64,000 nt of DNA. It comes from a bacterium (GTDB lineage: Bacteria; 4484-113; JAFGCY01). This document shows, piece by piece, positions 1 through 8,408 of this stretch. The stretch is taken from the NCBI GenBank assembly GCA_020440645.1, contig JAGRNR010000004.1, forward strand, positions 12,762 through 76,761, given 5' to 3'. The notes under the pieces were generated by a model. That model was not told the origin of the DNA. It was given only the letters and a program-made list of their open reading frames with translations, and searched no databases. Made by a program: the position numbers and the translations under genes. Within the stretch, counting starts at the first letter, position 1, and each line of letters opens with the position of its first letter.

Positions 1-78
1 GGGGGCGAAGCTCCCGCCTACGAGTCGCAGCCGCGCCCTGAGCATGTCGAATTCGGCAACGGGGCGCGCAAGCCGGGG

Positions 79-1848
79 ATGGGCCGCGGACGTGGCCGAG
101 GCCGAGGAGCCCAGCCACACAAACCGGAGCATCTCGGCAACCGCCTGCCCCCCGAGGAACGGATGCTGCCGGATGACTATGGCAACCGGATAGACCAGCC
201 GGAGCGTCCGGCCCGTGGTGGCCAGCGCCGGGATGCCCAGGGCAGCGGCCGCACTGAGCGCCAGCCGCGCCAGGACCGTCCGGCCCGCGAGCAGCGTCCC
301 CCACGCGGGGATCGCGGACCGCGCCAGCGCAATGAGCGCGGCGGTGACTATGTGGACGAGCAGCCCGCGCCGCGTTTCGTGGACCGCGAGCATCAGCCTG
401 CCCCGCGATTCATCAACAGGAACGAACTGGGCCGTGAGGGCCTTGACGATGGCAACCGCCGCCGCCGCAGCCGTGGCCGGCGGGGCCGGGGCCGCTCCAG
501 TGAGGGCGGCACGCGGGGGGAGGACCGCCAGGGACCGGGGCAAGCCGGGCCTGAGCAGGCGGGAGCACCCGCGGCTCAGGCGTCGGAGCGACAGCAGGAT
601 GGAAGCAGGGGCCGCCGTCGCAGCGCGGCTGCCGGCAATCCGCCTGAAGTCCGCCGCCCTGCCATGCGCACTCGTCCCGAGCGCAGTGATGACAGCGGCC
701 AGACCCGCGTCGCCAACCGCCGCAGCCGTGCCAAGGAAGAGAAGCTCGAGCTGGACATCATCGCCTTCATCCGTGACAACCCCGTTGTGCATGAGATCGA
801 GGGCATCTTCGAGCCGACCCACATGTTCAGCGATTTCGGCCTGTCAGCCAGGCTGCTGGCCAACGTCGAGAAGCGTGGCTACGAAGCCCCGACACCGATC
901 CAGGATGTTGCCATCCCGCCGGTCAAGGAAGGCCGTGACGTGGTCGGGCTGGCCAATACCGGCACCGGCAAGACGGCAGCCTTCCTGCTGCCGCTGATCG
1001 ACCGGATGCTGGCTGACAAGTCACAGTACGCGCTTGTGCTGGCACCGACCCGCGAGCTGGCAATCCAGATCGAGGAGGAGCTGCAGAGCTTCACGATCGG
1101 GCTCGGCATGCGCTCAACGGTGATCGTCGGCGGTGTGGGCGAGGGTGCGCAGCTCAAGAGCCTGCGTGCTGACAACCGTTTCATCATCGCCACCCCGGGC
1201 CGCCTGATCGACTTCATCAAGCGCGGTGAACTGTCACTGGACCGCTTCAACAACGTGGTGCTGGATGAGGCCGACCGCATGCTGGACATGGGCTTCATCC
1301 GCGACATGCGCTTCGTGATCGGCAGGCTGCCGCGCCAGCGCCAGACCCTGTTCTTCTCGGCGACGATGTCCGAGGAGATCCGCTCCCTGATCGGCGAGTT
1401 CCTGCATGACCCGGTGACGGTCAGCGTGGTGCGCCACAAGACCGCTGCTAACGTGCAGCAGGAAGTGATCAGCATGGCCGGGCGCAAGCGCTTCGAGATG
1501 CTCGTGGATCTGCTGGGCCAGCCGGACATGACGCGTGTGCTGGTGTTTGGCCGCACGAAGCACGGCATGAACAAGCTGAGCAACATGCTCAACCGCGAGG
1601 GCCTGGAGACGGACGCGATCCATGGCAACAAGAGCCACAATGCCCGCCAGCTGGCGCTCAAGCGCTTCAAGGAAGGCAGTATCCAGGCACTGGTGGCGAC
1701 GGATGTGGCGGCGCGCGGGCTGGACATTGACGACGTCAGCCACGTGATCAACTTCGAGCTGCCGCAGACATATGACGACTACATCCACCGCATCGGCCGC
1801 ACGGGACGTGCCGGCCGGACGGGACATGCGATCACGTTCATCGAGTGA
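79..1848 (+). CDS. DEAD-box ATP-dependent RNA helicase (RhlE/DeaD-like) with ~220-aa N-terminal Arg/Gly-rich low-complexity extension
   Basis: Translation shows Q-motif (GYEAPTPIQ), motif I GLANTGTGKTAAFLLP, PTRELA, DEAD box VLDEADRMLDMGF, SAT, HRIGRTGRAG. N-terminal 220 aa are RGRGRG/RRRRSRGRRGRGR-rich with repeated QPAPRF(V/I)(D/N)R. Reading frame is open back to nt 1, so the true start may lie upstream of the window or at an internal Met. Confidence 0.9.
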   Translation: MGRGRGRGRGAQPHKPEHLGNRLPPEERMLPDDYGNRIDQPERPARGGQRRDAQGSGRTERQPRQDRPAREQRPPRGDRGPRQRNERGGDYVDEQPAPRFVDREHQPAPRFINRNELGREGLDDGNRRRRSRGRRGRGRSSEGGTRGEDRQGPGQAGPEQAGAPAAQASERQQDGSRGRRRSAAAGNPPEVRRPAMRTRPERSDDSGQTRVANRRSRAKEEKLELDIIAFIRDNPVVHEIEGIFEPTHMFSDFGLSARLLANVEKRGYEAPTPIQDVAIPPVKEGRDVVGLANTGTGKTAAFLLPLIDRMLADKSQYALVLAPTRELAIQIEEELQSFTIGLGMRSTVIVGGVGEGAQLKSLRADNRFIIATPGRLIDFIKRGELSLDRFNNVVLDEADRMLDMGFIRDMRFVIGRLPRQRQTLFFSATMSEEIRSLIGEFLHDPVTVSVVRHKTAANVQQEVISMAGRKRFEMLVDLLGQPDMTRVLVFGRTKHGMNKLSNMLNREGLETDAIHGNKSHNARQLALKRFKEGSIQALVATDVAARGLDIDDVSHVINFELPQTYDDYIHRIGRTGRAGRTGHAITFIE

Positions 1849-1855
1849 GGAGTGC

Positions 1856-1901
1856 GGAGTTTGGAGTGGGGAGTGACTCTCCACTCCAACCGCCAAACTC
1901 C
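1856..1901. terminator. Imperfect hairpin between convergent helicase and peptidase genes (candidate bidirectional terminator, no clear T-tract)
   Basis: GGAGTTTGGAGTGGGGAG ... CTCCACTCCAACCGCCAAACTCC; arms GGAGTTTGG/CCAAACTCC and GGAGTGG/CCACTCC pair. Located 8 nt after the helicase stop and abutting the peptidase stop. Confidence 0.35.
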
Positions 1902-4067
1902 CTACTCAAACCTGTCCAGCGCTGCCGGGATGTCAACGCCCATGTTGTGCAGGGCGAAGCACATCAGGTCGGAGAATTCCGCGATGCTCTTGGCCAGCGG
2001 CTTGCCCGCGCCATGCCCGGCCTGGGTCTCCACACGCACCAGCACCGGGTTGTCACAGGCCTGCACATGCTGGATCTGCGCCGTGAACTTGAAGGTGTGG
2101 CTCGGCACCACGCGGTCGTCCGTGTCGGCGGTGGTTGCCAGGGTCGGCGGGTAGCAGACTCCCTCGCGCAGGTTATGCAGCGGTGAGTAGGCGTACAGCG
2201 CCTTGAATTCCTCGGGGTCCTGCGGGCTGCCGAAGTCGCTTTCCCAGCCGCCGCCGGCGGTGAACTGGTTGAAGCGCAGCATGTCCATCACACCGACCTG
2301 CGGCAGGGCCGCCGCGAACAGTTCGGGACGCTGCGTCATCACCGCGCCGACCAGCAGGCCGCCATTGCTGCCACCCATCACCGCCAGTTTCCCGCGTGAG
2401 GTATAGCCGCTGTCAATCAGGAACTCGGCAGCCGCAATGAAGTCGTCAAACGCTACTTGCCGGTTTGTCTTGATAGCCGCCTGGTGCCAGGCCTCGCCGT
2501 ATTCGCCCCCACCACGGATGCAGGCGATCGCCCACACGCCGCCCATGTCCATCCAGACCGTGCGGCTGGTGGAGAAGTACGGGCCCTGGCTGGAATTGAA
2601 GCCGCCGTAGCCGTAGAGCACGGTCGGGTTGCTGCCATCCAGCTCTATGTCCTTGTGGTGCGCGAGGAACAGAGGCACGGCAGTGCCGTCCTTGCTGCGG
2701 TAGAAGCGGAACTCGCCGACGTAGCTGGACGGGTCGAAGCTCAGCTCGGGCTGGCGGTAGAGTTCGCTTTGCAGCGTTGCCAGGTTGAGGCGGTAGATTG
2801 TGCCCGGCGTCGTCATATCCGTGTAGGTGTAGAACACCTCGCTGGCATCCATCCGTCCGCCTAATCCGCCGGCACTGCCAACGCCTGGCAGCTGCAGGTC
2901 CTGTACGAAACTGCCATCCATGTCGTAGACCTTCACTGCGCTGCGCGCATCCTGCAGGTATTCGCAAAGCATGCGGCCGCCGGTCAGGCTGACGCCGGAC
3001 AGCGGAAAGCGGCTTTCCGGGACCAATTCCTGCCAGTTGGCGCGGTCCGGATTGCGGCGGTCGATCTCGACTATGCGCCCGCGCGGCGCATCGAGCGTGG
3101 TCTGGAACCACAGGCGGTCACCGTTGTTGCCAAGGAAGCCGAAGTCGGCGTCGTCAATGTCAATCAGCTTCTCGACCGTGCGCTGCGGGTCGGCGGGGTC
3201 CATCAGGTAGATCCGGTTTCCGGTGCTGCCGCGCTCGCTTAAGTAGATCACCAGCAGGTCGCGCTGCTCATTGGTGCCGGCGCTGATCCACCAGTCCGGA
3301 TGCTCGGGCAGTTCGTAAACCAGCTCATCTGCGGACTGCTCAGTGCCGATGGCATGGTACATGGTCTTCCTGTCAACGTTGGCTGCGGTGAACTCCTCAC
3401 CCTCGGCGGGGACCGGGAATGTCAGGTAGTAGAAGCCGGCATTGCCGGAGCCCCAACTGGCAACACCGAACTTGCCCCACTGTACGAGGTCCGGCAGGTC
3501 CTCACCCGTCGCCACGTCACGCACCTGCCACTCGCACCAGTCTGAACCGCTGACGCTCTTGGCATAGAGAAGCAACGTGCCGTCGTCACTGGGTTGCCAG
3601 CTGGCAAGCGAGACTGAGCTGTCATCAGAGAAGGCGTTCGGGTCAAGGATCACGCGGGCCTCACCGTCCAGGCCCTCGCTCACATAGAGCACACTCTGGT
3701 TCTGCAGGCCGTCATTGCGGGTGAAGAAGTAACGTCCACCGGCCTCGGCTGGTGCGCTGAAGCGCTCATAGTCAACGCGCTGCATCATGCGCTCGTAGAC
3801 AGCATCCCGTCCGGCGATGCCGTCGAGGTAGCTGAAGGTCAGCTCGTTCTCGGCATCGACCCACTGCTTCAGCTCATCGCTACCGAGCTCCTCCATCCAG
3901 CGGTAGGGGTCGGCTACCTGCGTGCCGTGGTAGTCGTCCACCACATCGCCGCGCCGGGCCTCGGGATAGTCGAGTCCCTGGGCAAGGACTGGTGTCAGGG
4001 CTGCCAGCGTTGCCAGCAGGGCAAAGGCCAGGATGCGGTACAGGCCGCGAGCGTGCGCGTTATTCAT
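1902..4067 (-). CDS. Prolyl oligopeptidase (S9A family serine peptidase), secreted
   Basis: Catalytic triad context GGSNGGLLVGAV (Ser), DDRVVPSHTFKF (Asp), GHGAGKP (His). N-terminal beta-propeller region. Signal peptide MNNAHARGLYRILAFALLATLAALTPVLAQG. Confidence 0.85.
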   Translation of the reverse strand: MNNAHARGLYRILAFALLATLAALTPVLAQGLDYPEARRGDVVDDYHGTQVADPYRWMEELGSDELKQWVDAENELTFSYLDGIAGRDAVYERMMQRVDYERFSAPAEAGGRYFFTRNDGLQNQSVLYVSEGLDGEARVILDPNAFSDDSSVSLASWQPSDDGTLLLYAKSVSGSDWCEWQVRDVATGEDLPDLVQWGKFGVASWGSGNAGFYYLTFPVPAEGEEFTAANVDRKTMYHAIGTEQSADELVYELPEHPDWWISAGTNEQRDLLVIYLSERGSTGNRIYLMDPADPQRTVEKLIDIDDADFGFLGNNGDRLWFQTTLDAPRGRIVEIDRRNPDRANWQELVPESRFPLSGVSLTGGRMLCEYLQDARSAVKVYDMDGSFVQDLQLPGVGSAGGLGGRMDASEVFYTYTDMTTPGTIYRLNLATLQSELYRQPELSFDPSSYVGEFRFYRSKDGTAVPLFLAHHKDIELDGSNPTVLYGYGGFNSSQGPYFSTSRTVWMDMGGVWAIACIRGGGEYGEAWHQAAIKTNRQVAFDDFIAAAEFLIDSGYTSRGKLAVMGGSNGGLLVGAVMTQRPELFAAALPQVGVMDMLRFNQFTAGGGWESDFGSPQDPEEFKALYAYSPLHNLREGVCYPPTLATTADTDDRVVPSHTFKFTAQIQHVQACDNPVLVRVETQAGHGAGKPLAKSIAEFSDLMCFALHNMGVDIPAALDRFE

Positions 4068-4118
4068 ATTGACTCCAGCTATCGAAGTGGGTTCTGAGTA
4101 TAGAAGAGGGAGCAGGGT

Positions 4119-4135
4119 GCAGGTTGCTGGTTGCA
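4119..4135 (-). promoter_or_regulatory. Conserved 17-22 nt upstream motif GCAGGTTGC(T/C)GGTTGCA (coding-strand TGCAACCrGCAACCTGCA), copy 1, ~55 nt upstream of the peptidase start
   Basis: Near-identical copy at 24662-24678 upstream of another secreted-protein gene on the same strand; contains a tandem GCAACC direct repeat. Confidence 0.35.
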
Positions 4136-4222
4136 GTAGGAAGCAGATTGTATCTTGATGGCGATCTTATGCGCTTGGCTTCTCCCTCTGCTGCATCCTA
4201 CAACCAGCACCCAGTAACCTGG

Positions 4223-6322
4223 TCACGGCGAAGCCGTGACTCCCATGTTGTGCAGCGCAAAGGCGTACATGTCCGCGAATTCGCGCATCTCCTGGGCGAT
4301 CGGCTTGCCCTGGCCATGTCCGGCGCGGGTGTCGATGCGGATAAGCGCAGGTCTATCGCAGGACTGCACCGCCTGCAGGCGCGCGGCGAACTTGTAGCTG
4401 TGGCTCGGCACCACACGGTCGTCTGTGTCACCAGTAGTGACCAGTGTGGCGGGATAGCATGTGCCCTCACGCAGGTTATGCAGTGGTGAGTAGGCGCGGA
4501 TCGCGCGGTATTCATCCTCGTTCTGCGGGCTGCCGTAGTCGCTCTCCCAGAAGGGGCCGGCGGTGAACTGGTTGAAGCGCAGCATGTCCATCACGCCGAC
4601 TTGCGGCAGGGCGACGGCGAACAGATCCGGGCGCTGGCACAGCACGGCACCGACCAGCAGGCCGCCGTTGCTGCGGCCCTGGATGGCGAGGCGTTCGCGC
4701 GTGGTCCAGCCTTCCCTGAGCAGGTATTCTGCAGCGGTAATGAAGTCCTCATAGGCCCGCTGGCGGTTCTGCTTGATTGCCGCGTGGTGCCAGGCCTTGC
4801 CATACTCACTGCCACCGCGGATGCCGGCGATCGCGAACAGCCCGCCCATTTCGATCCAGGCCGCACGCGCCGGGGTGAACTTCGGGATCTGCGCGATGTT
4901 GAAGCCACCGTATCCGTACAGAATGGTCGGCAGGTTGTTTCCCGGCTTCAGTCCCCTTCTGTGGGCGAGGTGCAGCGGAACGCGGGTGCCGTCGGCACTT
5001 TCGTAGAACACGGTGCTGGTTTCGTAGAGCGCCTGGTCCCAGCCGTTGTCAGGTGCTGGATCAATAGCCGTGACGCTCGCATTGCCGGACGGCAGCGCGG
5101 AAATGTCAACGCGCAGGGTGCAGTCCGGTGTGATCGCATCTGTGTAGTCGAGGAAGAACTCGCTGGAGCCAGCGCTGCCGTGCATGTTTTCAACGTTGCC
5201 ATTTCCCGGCAGGGATAGCCTGTCCAGCTCAGAACCATCAGTGGCGAACAAACGCATCACACTGGCGGCATGTTCAAGGTACTGGCAGGCGAAGCGACCG
5301 CCGTACAGGGCCGCCACTCGCAGGGCCTCCGGCTGCTCTGGCACCAGCTCGCGCCAGTCTGCGGGGCCCGGATTGCCGCGCTCGACCTCCACGATGCAGT
5401 AGTTCGGTGCGGAATGGTCAGTGCGGAACCACAGCCTGTTGCCATCGTTGCCCAGGAACTGCATGCCATGCTCATAGCTGTCAACCAGCAGCTCAGGCTG
5501 GGCACCATCCAGCAGGTCCAGCAGGATGATGCGGTTGCCGGGCATCCCGCGCCGGCTGTTGTAAATCACCAGCAGGTCACGGGCATGGTTAAGGCCAAAG
5601 AAGATTCCCTCGTCCTGCTTGCCAGGCAGGGCGAACAACTGTACGTCTACTGCCTGTTCCTGCCCAAGGATGTGCCGGTGGATGCTGGCGGCGTGGCTGC
5701 CGTCCATGTGTTCACGACCCGGGCGTGGTTCGGGGTAACGCTTGTAGATGAAGGAGCTGCCGTCCGCCTCCCATGCGGCGTTCGCATACTTGCCCCAGCG
5801 GATGGTGTCCGGCAGGTCTGTGCCCGTCGCCACGTCGCGCACGCGCCAGGTGGTCCAGTCGCTGCCGCTTTCGCTTGTGCCATACAGCAGCTTGGAACCG
5901 TCGCGGGACGGTGCCCACATTGCCAGCGAGACACTGCCGTTGTCAGAGAAGCTGTTCGGGTCCAGCAGCAGGCGCGGCTCGCCATCCAGTCCCTCGCTGA
6001 CGAACAGCTGGTCCTGGTCATGGCTGCCGTCATTGAGCATGCGGAAGTACAGGCCGCCGGCCTCATGCGGCAGGCCGCGGTGGCCGCCGGTCGCCAGCCT
6101 CATCAGGCGATCCAGGATGGCGCTGCGCTCATCGATGGCGGAGAGGTAACCCTCTGTCAGCTCGTTCTGGGCATCCACCCAGGCTTCGGTCTCAGCGCTG
6201 CGGATCTCCTCCAGCCAGCGGTAGGGATCGGCCACCTGCTCGCCGTGGTAGTCATCAACAGTGTCGTCACAGCGGGTGACAGGGTAGTTCAAAGCGGGGC
6301 GTGGAAGAGGGTTGTCATTCAT
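4223..6322 (-). CDS. Prolyl oligopeptidase (S9A) paralog, no obvious signal peptide
   Basis: GRSNGGLLVGAV, DDRVVPSHSYKF, GHGQGKP; same overall architecture and clearly alignable with the adjacent 1902-4067 product (tandem paralogs). Confidence 0.85.
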   Translation of the reverse strand: MNDNPLPRPALNYPVTRCDDTVDDYHGEQVADPYRWLEEIRSAETEAWVDAQNELTEGYLSAIDERSAILDRLMRLATGGHRGLPHEAGGLYFRMLNDGSHDQDQLFVSEGLDGEPRLLLDPNSFSDNGSVSLAMWAPSRDGSKLLYGTSESGSDWTTWRVRDVATGTDLPDTIRWGKYANAAWEADGSSFIYKRYPEPRPGREHMDGSHAASIHRHILGQEQAVDVQLFALPGKQDEGIFFGLNHARDLLVIYNSRRGMPGNRIILLDLLDGAQPELLVDSYEHGMQFLGNDGNRLWFRTDHSAPNYCIVEVERGNPGPADWRELVPEQPEALRVAALYGGRFACQYLEHAASVMRLFATDGSELDRLSLPGNGNVENMHGSAGSSEFFLDYTDAITPDCTLRVDISALPSGNASVTAIDPAPDNGWDQALYETSTVFYESADGTRVPLHLAHRRGLKPGNNLPTILYGYGGFNIAQIPKFTPARAAWIEMGGLFAIAGIRGGSEYGKAWHHAAIKQNRQRAYEDFITAAEYLLREGWTTRERLAIQGRSNGGLLVGAVLCQRPDLFAVALPQVGVMDMLRFNQFTAGPFWESDYGSPQNEDEYRAIRAYSPLHNLREGTCYPATLVTTGDTDDRVVPSHSYKFAARLQAVQSCDRPALIRIDTRAGHGQGKPIAQEMREFADMYAFALHNMGVTASP

Positions 6323-6338
6323 GGGAAGACCAGTTTAA

Positions 6339-6441
6339 CAGTGGTCAGTAGTCAGTGGTCAGTGGTCAGTGGTCAGTGGTCAGTAATGCTATCCGGTTCG
6401 ATTCATTTTCCTGACCACTGACTACTGATCACTGACTACTG
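6339..6441. repeat. Seven tandem heptamers (CAGTGGT/CAGTAGT/CAGTAAT, 6339-6387) followed by a 23-nt loop and an inverted copy (CTGACCACTGACTACTGATCACTGACTACTG, 6411-6441), able to form a long stem-loop
   Basis: Read directly from the sequence. The right arm overlaps the last codons and stop (6436-6438) of the BirA-like gene; the element lies just upstream of the peptidase-2 start (6322). Confidence 0.65.
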
Positions 6442-7389
6442 CGATTCCAGTTCCGAATAGCTTTCGATTTCATATTGATTGCCGGCCTCATCCTGCACAT
6501 ACAGATGGCCGCTGGCGAAGTCGACATGTGTGGCTGTCACCGGGATGGTTTTCCCCTCGCGATTCAGCAGCCAGCGCTGGCCAGCGCTGCGGTCCAGTTC
6601 CCGCCAGTCCGGCTCCAGTTCGCGGATCGCAGAGTCGTCCGCCGCGCTGAAGCCCTGCAAGATACCGTTGAATACCAGCTTGCCGTAGAGCCGCATCACG
6701 ATCCCGCTGAACAGGGCCTCGCGGTCCAGCTGCATCCCGCAACAGTCCCGCACTGTGGTCAGGCGATCATGCAGCTCCAGCGCGAATGCGCTAGCCGTCG
6801 AGTTCACGTTGAGACCGATTCCGATCACAAGCAGGCCCGGCAGGTGCTCTGTCAGGATCCCGCCGCACTTGCGGTACAACAGCTCACCATCGGAATCGCG
6901 GCGTGCCATCAGCAGGTCATTGGGCCATTTGATGGCGCAGATGCTGCTGGCCAGGCTGTCGCGGGCCTCATTGATTGCCCGAGTGACACGCTCACCCGTC
7001 GTGGCATTCCCATCCCCGCCCGGGTCGTCTTCCTGCTGGTAAATCCGGGCCGCGCGCCACTGTTCACGCACGAGGTTGGAAAGGCTCTGGCCCAGCAGCA
7101 CGGAAAGGGCCAGCGGCAGGCGGGGACTGGGCTCAAGCCCATTTGTGAGCGGCAGGCCAAGCGAGAACGCGATGTCCTGCCCGGGCTGCATGCTCCAGCT
7201 GCGGCCCCGGGTGCCACGGCCCTCTGGCTGGGCGTCAGTGCAGACCAGCAGCGGCTCGGTCAGCCCGCGCACGGCGAACTGCTCCTTAACGAGCTCGCTG
7301 GTGGAGGGGCAGCTTTCGACGTACTGCAGCAGCATCCGGCCATCAAGGCGGGCGGCAAGGGAGGCGGTTGCATCGAGAAGCTTATTCAC
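6436..7389 (-). CDS. birA: Biotin--[acetyl-CoA-carboxylase] ligase (group I BirA-like, no N-terminal HTH)
   Basis: Biotin-binding loop GRGTRGRSW (cf. GRGRRGRKW), KWPNDL, GGILTE, IGIGLN motifs as in E. coli BirA catalytic domain; short N-terminus lacks a DNA-binding domain. Confidence 0.75.
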   Translation of the reverse strand: MNKLLDATASLAARLDGRMLLQYVESCPSTSELVKEQFAVRGLTEPLLVCTDAQPEGRGTRGRSWSMQPGQDIAFSLGLPLTNGLEPSPRLPLALSVLLGQSLSNLVREQWRAARIYQQEDDPGGDGNATTGERVTRAINEARDSLASSICAIKWPNDLLMARRDSDGELLYRKCGGILTEHLPGLLVIGIGLNVNSTASAFALELHDRLTTVRDCCGMQLDREALFSGIVMRLYGKLVFNGILQGFSAADDSAIRELEPDWRELDRSAGQRWLLNREGKTIPVTATHVDFASGHLYVQDEAGNQYEIESYSELESQ

Positions 7390-7406
7390 AATTCATCAAT
7401 AGAACT

Positions 7407-7435
7407 TTGACCTGATGGGCTCGTCTACTTATAAT
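7407..7435 (+). promoter_or_regulatory. Near-consensus sigma70-type promoter TTGACC-N17-TATAAT
   Basis: TTGACC at 7407-7412, 17-nt spacer, TATAAT at 7430-7435; predicted TSS ~7442 upstream of the 7455/7476 start codons (SD GGGAG before ATG 7476). Confidence 0.5.
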
Positions 7436-7454
7436 AGGGTATTCCGCAGAAGGA

Positions 7455-8363
7455 ATGACCTTGCAGGGAGAACCGATGCGCAGTTCACTTATCACTTTGC
7501 TGGCTCTGGCGCTGCTGATCGCAGGCCATTCGGCCGCGCGCGCCGCGGAACTGACCGCGACGGATGCCAAGGTCAGCGAGAAGAAGATCACACTGAGCTT
7601 CAGCGTCAGTGAGATGCCCGAGATAGACAAGGTATTCGACTACGGCGCGAACATCGTCAAGATCAAGGTGCCCGGCCTCAACTTCGGTTCCGCCCAGCTC
7701 AAGGGCGACAAGCTGAAGGTGAGCGACGAACATGGCGAAAGCTTCTACCGCTTCACCCGCTTCTCGAAGATCGAGGGCGGCGGGATGATCTCGATTTACC
7801 TCGGCAAGCTCTGCTCACCGGCGGATGCGCTGGTGGTGCCCCGTGACGGCCGCATCGAGGTTGAGATCATCAAGCCGCTGTGGAAGCTGGACAGCAAGCC
7901 GGCAGACAACCCCGCAGCTGACAACCCGCCAGCCGACGATCCGCCGGCGAATGACAATCCGCCCGCAGACAACACGACGGAGCCCGTGCAGGCCACCCCG
8001 GCGACTGACCAGGGCGGTGACACCCAGGCCCAGCCGGTCAGCAACAACAGCAGCGCTCAGGATCCCCCGGTGCGCCCGGCCTTTGACAACAGTGGAGCCC
8101 AGAGCTACCGCAAGTTTGACCTGGACAAGGTGCCGGCCGCCAAGGTGGAGCTCAAGGGCATGCCCTTTGACGAGGCGATCCTGCGCATCGTGGCGGACAG
8201 CGGCTTCAACGTGGTTGTCGGCAACGGGATTGACGATACTGAAGTCAACCTCAACTTCACGCAGAAGGGCCTGTCGCTCAAGGCGGCACTGGACATCCTC
8301 TGCATGGCCTACGACCTGAAGTACGACGTCACGGATGACGCGATCGTGATCTCTCGCCGCTAG
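7455..8363 (+). CDS. Secreted protein with N-terminal AMIN-like beta domain, Pro/Asp-rich (P-A-D-N) linker and C-terminal STN/N0 (secretin-and-TonB N-terminus) domain
   Basis: Signal peptide MRSSLITLLALALLIAGHSAARA (likely true start ATG 7476). C-terminal VELKGMPFDEAILRIVADSGFNVVVGNGIDDTEVNLNFTQKGLSLKAALDILCMAYDLKYDVTDDAIVIS matches the STN/N0 pattern of PilQ/GspD and FecA-type receptors. Linker PADNPAADNPPADDPPANDNPPADN. No secretin C-domain. Confidence 0.6.
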   Translation: MTLQGEPMRSSLITLLALALLIAGHSAARAAELTATDAKVSEKKITLSFSVSEMPEIDKVFDYGANIVKIKVPGLNFGSAQLKGDKLKVSDEHGESFYRFTRFSKIEGGGMISIYLGKLCSPADALVVPRDGRIEVEIIKPLWKLDSKPADNPAADNPPADDPPANDNPPADNTTEPVQATPATDQGGDTQAQPVSNNSSAQDPPVRPAFDNSGAQSYRKFDLDKVPAAKVELKGMPFDEAILRIVADSGFNVVVGNGIDDTEVNLNFTQKGLSLKAALDILCMAYDLKYDVTDDAIVISRR

Positions 8364-8408
8364 GCAGCGGCAGCCAGGCATCCATGCCGGCCGACGACAG
8401 TCCGGCCG

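Noticed and set aside
6339-6387. Possible CRISPR array (heptamer tandem repeats) and the GGC-repeat region at 61897-62205
   Set aside because: Repeat units are 7 nt (or codon-level low complexity) with no spacers of 25-40 nt; not CRISPR-like.
6388-6410. tRNA-like T-loop string GGTTCGATTCA
   Set aside because: It is the loop of the heptamer-repeat hairpin; no acceptor/anticodon arms or cloverleaf can be built around it.
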